From: Macrostomum lignano
Taxonomy: Eukaryota
DNA: 64,000 nt
Assembly: GCA_002269645.1 (NCBI GenBank)
Contig: NIVC01002976.1
Location: 1 to 64,000 of the forward strand
Reading direction: 5' to 3'
Of this stretch, positions 51,101 to 64,000 are shown piece after piece. The translations under genes were made by a program, and so were the position numbers. The notes under the pieces were generated by a model. It saw only the letters and a list, made by a program, of their open reading frames with translations, searched no databases and was not told the origin of the DNA. Positions within the stretch are counted from its first letter, which is position 1, and each line of letters opens with the position of its first letter.

Positions 51101-53042
51101 ATTAACAATTCACCCACCAAACATATCAACTCAACAAACCTAAAGACCTAACAAACTTTACAACCTACCAAAATTAACAGCCTAGCAAACTTAATAACCC
51201 ACCAAACCTAAAAATTTAACAAACTTTAGAACCCCAAACTAACCACCCCGAAAATTTCATAGCTGTAATTTCTTTAAGTTTTACAAATTAATTAAAAACG
51301 CTTTTTTCTAGGAAAATATGTTGTCTCGAAGAAACCTTTAGGAAAGCTGAAAGCTGAGCATCGAGACATCCTCTAGGATTTTTCTAAGGATTCTGTGAGC
51401 TGCAGATGTCCTACGGTTTGCACTTTTGAGCCTTCAAACTCCCAAGGGAGAATTCGCTTGTGAATAGGATCAATGGATACGAATCAGCGCCCTTAACTAG
51501 AAAAGGCTTCGCCTTGAGTGGACATCCGCCAGTTCAATCTAGGAGCCCTACTATAGGCTTATATACATTTAAATGAAATCAATCGCCGAGAAAACTATGG
51601 CCTGCGATCGATCGGGTATTCGCTCCACCTCCAGGCCTCTCGTTAAGGATCTCGGCCTGAAAGTGGGGATACCCATTCGACTTCGCGGGGAATTGCGTCT
51701 CGCTGGGGTGACCAATAAAAAATCTAATTTGTCTGACGCTTTTGAATTTCAATTCCGAGCCGCCCTTGCATTTATTTGAAAGTCAAATTTTCAAACTGGG
51801 GATCGCTGGACATTGCGCGCGTGTTTTCAATATCGGGTGAGAATCAGATTTAATCGATTGCTAAAAGTATCAACAACAACAACAGCAACAACAACAACAA
51901 AACTCGAACTCACGAATATCCGTGGCCTTCATATCGCCCGACTTTTTGTCTTGAAATGCCACCACGGCCATGAAATGCGACCTGTTGTGGTAGCTGCAGT
52001 TGCTGCCCAGCTCTGATGTGTCTTCGACTGGAAAAGTCGTACGAAGTATCGGTCAGACTCGCCCAATGCAATCCAGACTTCGACTAGCCTGAGGTTATGC
52101 CCCATGAGCTTCGTCATGCTCGCTTCGTCATCTCGGCAGGAAGCTGGGATGGATACGTAGCCAGCCTAGTCAGATCCCCAACACTGCCGGGGGTCGCTTT
52201 CGATTTGCCCTCGACACGCAGGACAAGATAAGTGAAACAGAGAGGCAACTCTCCTCTCCGGTCCCCAGGGGAAGAACTCTGGGTCGAGAACGGTTCGGAC
52301 AGAAATCTCCTCTCTCTCCGAACTCCCATACCCGCTATAGTGGAAGATGTGTGAGAGGTAAATTTTCTCAATGGAAGAAGATCACAGGAGCTCACTTAAT
52401 AGGGTTTGGAGGGTGCACTCAAGGTTCGCTGAGTGCAACTGACAGTTGCACTAAAGCTATGGCACTCGATCGTCAAGGTTCTGTGCTCAGAAAAAAGCTT
52501 TATGAATATTTATAATCAGCCACATGCTGAGCATACTGAGCACACTGAATTGTCTTCAGGCTTCGGCCACACTCACTGACTTCCGGCGTCCACATGAAGA
52601 TGGTCTGCTTATTCAGCTTCGGAATCGACCGGGCTTGGTAACACTTCCTCCACAGCCCGGAGTGCAGCGTGATGATGTCTGTGCCGTTCGCGCGGCTCTC
52701 TCTCTCGTAGGTGAACAGCCAGAAGTCGGTGGCCACGGAGACTGACAGGATGATAAAGGCGCTGCACGCGTTGAAGCAGGTCAGACCGATCAGGGCCTTC
52801 TTCTTGCCGCAGCGTCTGTAGAAGCTGTCACTTCTTGACAGTCGATGCGACACCTGGGCGGAGGCGCCTCCCATTCTGTTGTCGCGGCTATGAAACAGTG
52901 CCAGTGTGCCAGAGCAATCCCTGTGCCCAAGGGAGGCTGACTCGAATGCCACACAGGGAGAGAGAGAAAACAGGACCGGGGCTGCGAGCGACTCGAGGAG
53001 ATCTGGGGGGTTGACGCCTTTTTTGGCCATCCATGCAGCCAT
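48176..53042 (-). CDS. CACNG (TARP): TARP/stargazin-like auxiliary subunit (claudin/PMP22 fold). Exons 53042 (or 52874)-52577, 50371-50231, 49023-48176; an extra small exon cannot be excluded
   Basis: SVATDFWLF, HSGLWRKC, SLFP, GALFVFSGLCLLIGIVLYV, YRYGSSFYL..FVFTEFSGVFAVYLY, C-terminal PDZ ligand KTTPV. Confidence 0.9.
49045..50197. repeat. 15-bp repeat (GGG[G/A]TGAGTCAGGCAT), ~77 copies, filling TARP intron 2
   Basis: Direct periodicity. Confidence 0.98.
50560..51120. repeat. 17/21-bp repeat (CACCAAACTTAACAAC[C/TTCAC])
   Basis: Direct periodicity in TARP intron 1. Confidence 0.95.
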
Positions 53043-53829
53043 TCATTCGTTCGCTCGTTCATTCGCAGAGCTGCCTACGCCTCCCCTGCCCCGCTCCTTC
53101 GAGCTGCTGCCCCTATGGCGAAAAGGGAAGCTGAGAAAGGCTGGCAGGCGGGCAGAGGGCAGAGCGGAACAGGGACGCTGCCTGTCCCCGAGAGTCGCAT
53201 AAGCGGAAAATGCACTCTCTCCGCATCCCCTCCCTCCCCTGCTCGTCTTTCTCTCCTATAGCATCTCAAACCAGATCGGGCCCTCAGACCAGAGCAGTCC
53301 CCTTCCACTAATCCTCCAGGCTCGAGTGTGGCCTCGGAGCCCGACGCTGCGGGCTACAGTAGAAGGAAAGTGTGGGGAGAATTAGAAGCCGCCGGGGTGG
53401 AAGGCCAGGGCAGGGGAACCCGTGAGCCCGTGTGGGAGGCTGGGATACTGGGAAGAGACTGGCTCCCTGTGCAACACAATTTCCTATGCAAAGCTCCCGC
53501 AAATATGGAATAAATGAAAAATGGAGACGCCGCTCAGACAGAAAGATGAAGAAGCGGATATCAGCAGGAGACGGGGGGGGGTGGCGGATTTGCCGAAATA
53601 CAAAAAAGAACATTGGCCGCGGGGCAGCACGGAGGCAGCTGCCTATCTCCTGTTTCCTGATGCAGAATATTCATCTACACGAAATACAAAGAAACTCGGC
53701 AACAGAGTTCACGAAAACCAAACAGAATGGGGGAATTTCTTGAACTGAGACACCCACCAGCTGAGCTTGAAGACAAATTCCATTCTTCTGGGCCGAGCTG
53801 CATCTGGCTTCAATGCGTCATCGGCCCTC

Positions 53830-55600
53830 TGTCCTCTCTCCTGCCTCTCCTCTCCTGCCTCTCCTCTCCTGCCTCTCCTGCCTCTCCTGCCTCTCCTCTC
53901 CTGCCTCTCCTCTCCTGCCTCTCCTGCCTCTCCTGCCTCTCCTCTCCTGCCTCTCCTCTCCTGCCTCTCCTCTCCTGCCTCTCCTCTCCTGCCTCTCCTC
54001 TCCTGCCTCTCCTCTCCTGCCTCTCCTCTCCTGCCTCTCCTCTCCTGCCTCTCCTCTCCTGCCTCTCCTCTCCTGCCTCTCCTCTCCTGCCTCTCCTCTC
54101 CTGCCTCTCCTCTCCTGCCTCTCCTCTCCTGCCTCTCCTCTCCTGCCTCTCCTCTCCTGCCTCTCCTCTCCTGCCTCTCCTGCCTCTCCTCTCCTGCCTC
54201 TCCTCTCCTGCCTCTCCTGCCTCTCCTCTCCTGCCTCTCCTCTCCTGCCTCTCTTCTCCTGCCTCTCCTCTCCTGCCTCTCCTCTCCTGCCTCTCCTCTC
54301 CTGCCTCTCCTCTCCTGCCTCTCCTCTCCTGCCTCTCCTCTCCTGCCTCTCCTCTCCTGCCTCTCCTCTCCTGCCTCTCTTCTCCTGCCTCTCCTCTCCT
54401 GCCTCTCTTCTCCTGCCTCTCTTCTCCTGCCTCTCCTCTCCTGCCTCTCCTCTCCTGCCTCTCCTCTCCTGCCTCTCTTCTCCTGCCTCTCCTCTCCTGC
54501 CTCTCTTCTCCTGCCTCTCTTCTCCTGCCTCTCCTCTCCTGCCTCTCCTCTCCTGCCTCTCCTCTCCTGCCTCTCCTCTCCTGCCTCTCCTGCCTCTCCT
54601 CTCCTGCCTCTCCTCTCCTGCCTCTCCTCTCCTGCCTCTCCTCTCCTGCCTCTCCTGCCTCTCCTCTCCTGCCTCTCCTCTCCTGCCTCTCCTCTCCTGC
54701 CTCTGCTGCCTCTCCTCTCCTGCCTCTCCTCTCCTGCCTCTCCTCTCCTGCCTCTGCTGCCTCTCCTCTCCTGCCTCTCCTCTCCTGCCTCTCCTCTCCT
54801 GCCTCTCCTCTCCTGCCTCTGCTGCCTCTCCTCTCCTGCCTCTCCTCTCCTGCCTCTCCTCTCCTGCCTCTCCTCTCCTGCCTCTCTTCTCCTGCCTCTC
54901 CTCTCCTGCCTCTCCTCTCCTGCCTCTCTTCTCCTGCCTCTCTTCTCCTGCCTCTCTTCTCCTGCCTCTCCTCTCCTGCCTCTCTTCTCCTGCCTCTCTT
55001 CTCCTGCCTCTCCTCTCCTGCCTCTCTTCTCCTGCCTCTCCTCTCCTGCCTCTCTTCTCCTGCCTCTCCTCTCCTGCCTCTCCTCTCCTGCCTCTCTTCT
55101 CCTGCCTCTCTTCTCCTGCCTCTCTTCTCCTGCCTCTCCTCTCCTGCCTCTCCTCTCCTGCCTCTCCTCTCCTGCCTCTCCTCTCCTGCCTCTCCTCTCC
55201 TGCCTCTCCTCTCCTGCCTCTCTTCTCCTGCCTCTCTTCTCCTGCCTCTCCTCTCCTGCCTCTCCTCTCCTGCCTCTCTTCTCCTGCCTCTCTTCTCCTG
55301 CCTCTCTTCTCCTGCCTCTCCTCTCCTGCCTCTCCTCTCCTGCCTCTCCTCTCCTGCCTCTCCTCTCCTGCCTCTCCTCTCCTGCCTCTCCTCTCCTGCC
55401 TCTCCTCTCCTGCCTCTCCTCTCCTGCCTCTCCTCTCCTGCCTCTCCTCTCCTGCCTCTCCTCTCCTGCCTCTCCTCTCCTGCCTCTCCTCTCCTGCCTC
55501 TCCTCTCCTGCATCTGCTGCCTCTCCTCTCCTGCCTCTCTTCTCCTGCCTCTCCTCTCGTACCCTCTCCTCCCTGCCTCTCCTCTTCTGCCTCTCTCCTC
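53830..55600. repeat. Polypyrimidine/polypurine 14-bp (CTCTCCTGCCTCTC) and 9-bp repeat, ~1.8 kb
   Basis: Direct. Confidence 0.98.
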
Positions 55601-55756
55601 TATCTTTACTCTATATTCTCTCTACATTCAACCGTTCCTTCAGAAAGTCTTAAATAAACACTAGATAGTTAAGTCTAAAAACACTTTGCTACCTACTGAG
55701 AGTAGACTGAATTGCTTTTGCAGCTTTTGACCTTGACAATACAACCATTTTAAGCT

Positions 55757-56097
<341 letters not shown>

Positions 56098-57000
56098 TCA
56101 TCAGTTGCCAGCTTATGCTTATTTCAGATTTCACTATCGAAAATGCCTTGCAGCCTCATGCAAATGCAGGAGTTCCACTCTCTACCCCCGGCAACTGCCC
56201 GCAGTGTTTCTAGGAAAAGCTTGCATTGTCTGCCAAGCACTTCCTGGTTGCTGGGCTCTCCGCGCCACTCTATAAGAGCAGGGACAGACAGCACGGCCTC
56301 TACCTGAATCCGCCAGCTCATTTCCGGAATTTGCAGCCGGATTCATCTCTGAGCGCTGCTGCCTGCTTCTCTGCTTTTGCCACTGGGGCGTCAGAAAAAT
56401 CAGAGAACCTTTTTTCGACAGACAAGCTAACGCAGTTTCTGTTACTTTATGAGTTGTCATTGCGAGCAAAGTAAACTAATTGTATTTCAATTGGATTCTG
56501 AAGATGCTTTTCGCCGATATGTCTCAACGCTGATTGCGGGACGATGTCCTCGAAGATTTTTCGTGGTTGCTTAGCAACAAAGTCCACAATTTGCATCATC
56601 CAAATTTTCACTTAGAACATGACGACAGGCGCCGCTGCAGCGACAAACTTTAGTGGGATAAAATCCCTTTAGCATTGCTTCAGTTAAAACAGCAGCTCCC
56701 TTTCCTTTAAGAAGTTAGTCAGCCTGGGGCAAGCGATGTCTCAATGGCTTGGTTTGGTTTTGAGCAATTTGTCGAAACCTTTTTTCCCAGCTTGACTGGG
56801 CAGGAGGGGACTGAATGTGCAGCGAAGCGCTTGGCCTCCTCCCATTGGTTGCTGTGCAAAGCTTTAGGGGGCAGGTTGGGCTTTACAGTAGTAGCAGCTG
56901 GGAAGGCCAGCAACCTAGAGAGAGTAAATCGGAAGCAGCTCAAACTGCAGCATTCGGCAGCCGAGGGTATTTAGTGAGTCTTATCGGTCGGGCAAAGCCA

Positions 57001-63422
<6,422 letters not shown>

Positions 63423-63464
63423 GTGAGACTGGGAACTGGAATTTGCTAAATGAGGGAAGCTACC

Positions 63465-64000
63465 GTTCTTGAGGTGATGCATCAGGGACTGTGTTGATGC
63501 TTGAGGTGATGCATCAGGGACTGCTGATGCTTGAGGTGGTGCATCAGGGACTGCGCTGATGCTTGAGGTGGTGCATCAGGGACTGCTGATGCTTGAGGTG
63601 GTGCATCAGGGACTGCTGATGCTTGAGGTGGTGCATCAGGGACTGCGCTGATGCTTGAGGTGGTGCATCAGGGACTGCTGATGCTTGAGGTGGTGCATCA
63701 GGGACTGCGCTGATGCTTGAGGTGGTGCATCAGGGACTGCGCTGATGCTTGAGGTGGTGCATCAGGGACTGCGCTGATGCTTGAGGTGATGCATCAGGGA
63801 CTGTGTTGATGCTTGAGTTGGTGCATCAGGGACTGCTGATGCTTGAGGTGGTGCATCAGGGACTGCGCTGATGCTTGAGGTGGTGCATCAGGGACTGCTG
63901 ATGCTTGAGGTGGTGCATCAGGGACTGCGCTGATGCTTGAGGTGATGCATCAGGGACTGTGTTGATGCTTGAGGTGGTGCATCAGGGACTGCTGATGCTT
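63465..64000. repeat. 30/32-bp repeat (GATGCTTGAGGTGGTGCATCAGGGACTGC[GC]T), continues off the window
   Basis: Direct periodicity after the donor at 63423. Confidence 0.97.

Overview
Eukaryotic (metazoan) genomic DNA with spliceosomal introns. GC-rich, poly-Q/A-containing exons and minisatellite-filled introns suggest a free-living flatworm such as Macrostomum (inference, not proven). Gene order: (1) 1-12 kb, tandem DEG/ENaC cluster with two multi-exon paralogs, each carrying a single -1 frameshift in the same exon, plus two orphan exon-1 copies, a tRNA-derived SINE and an RNase H-bearing LINE with a 14-bp TSD; (2) 12.5-17.5 kb, AT-rich, CpG-depleted TE graveyard with MITEs and a strongly enriched TAGGCCTA motif; (3) mitochondrial aspartyl-tRNA synthetase (DARS2, +, 6 exons) with a GC-AG intron and a 9.8-kb intron full of antisense TE relics, including a minimal type I hammerhead ribozyme next to telomere-like repeats; (4) 1.8-kb (CTAA)n array; (5) compact neuron navigator/unc-53-like gene (+); (6) convergent TARP/stargazin-like gene (-) ending in TTPV; (7) divergent anion-selective Cys-loop receptor gene (+, runs off the window) with a candidate cryptic alternative exon. 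Most introns of the last four genes carry their own unrelated tandem repeat. Most long entries in the ORF track are translated repeats. Exon coordinates were derived by hand from splice signals and protein homology; copy numbers are approximate.
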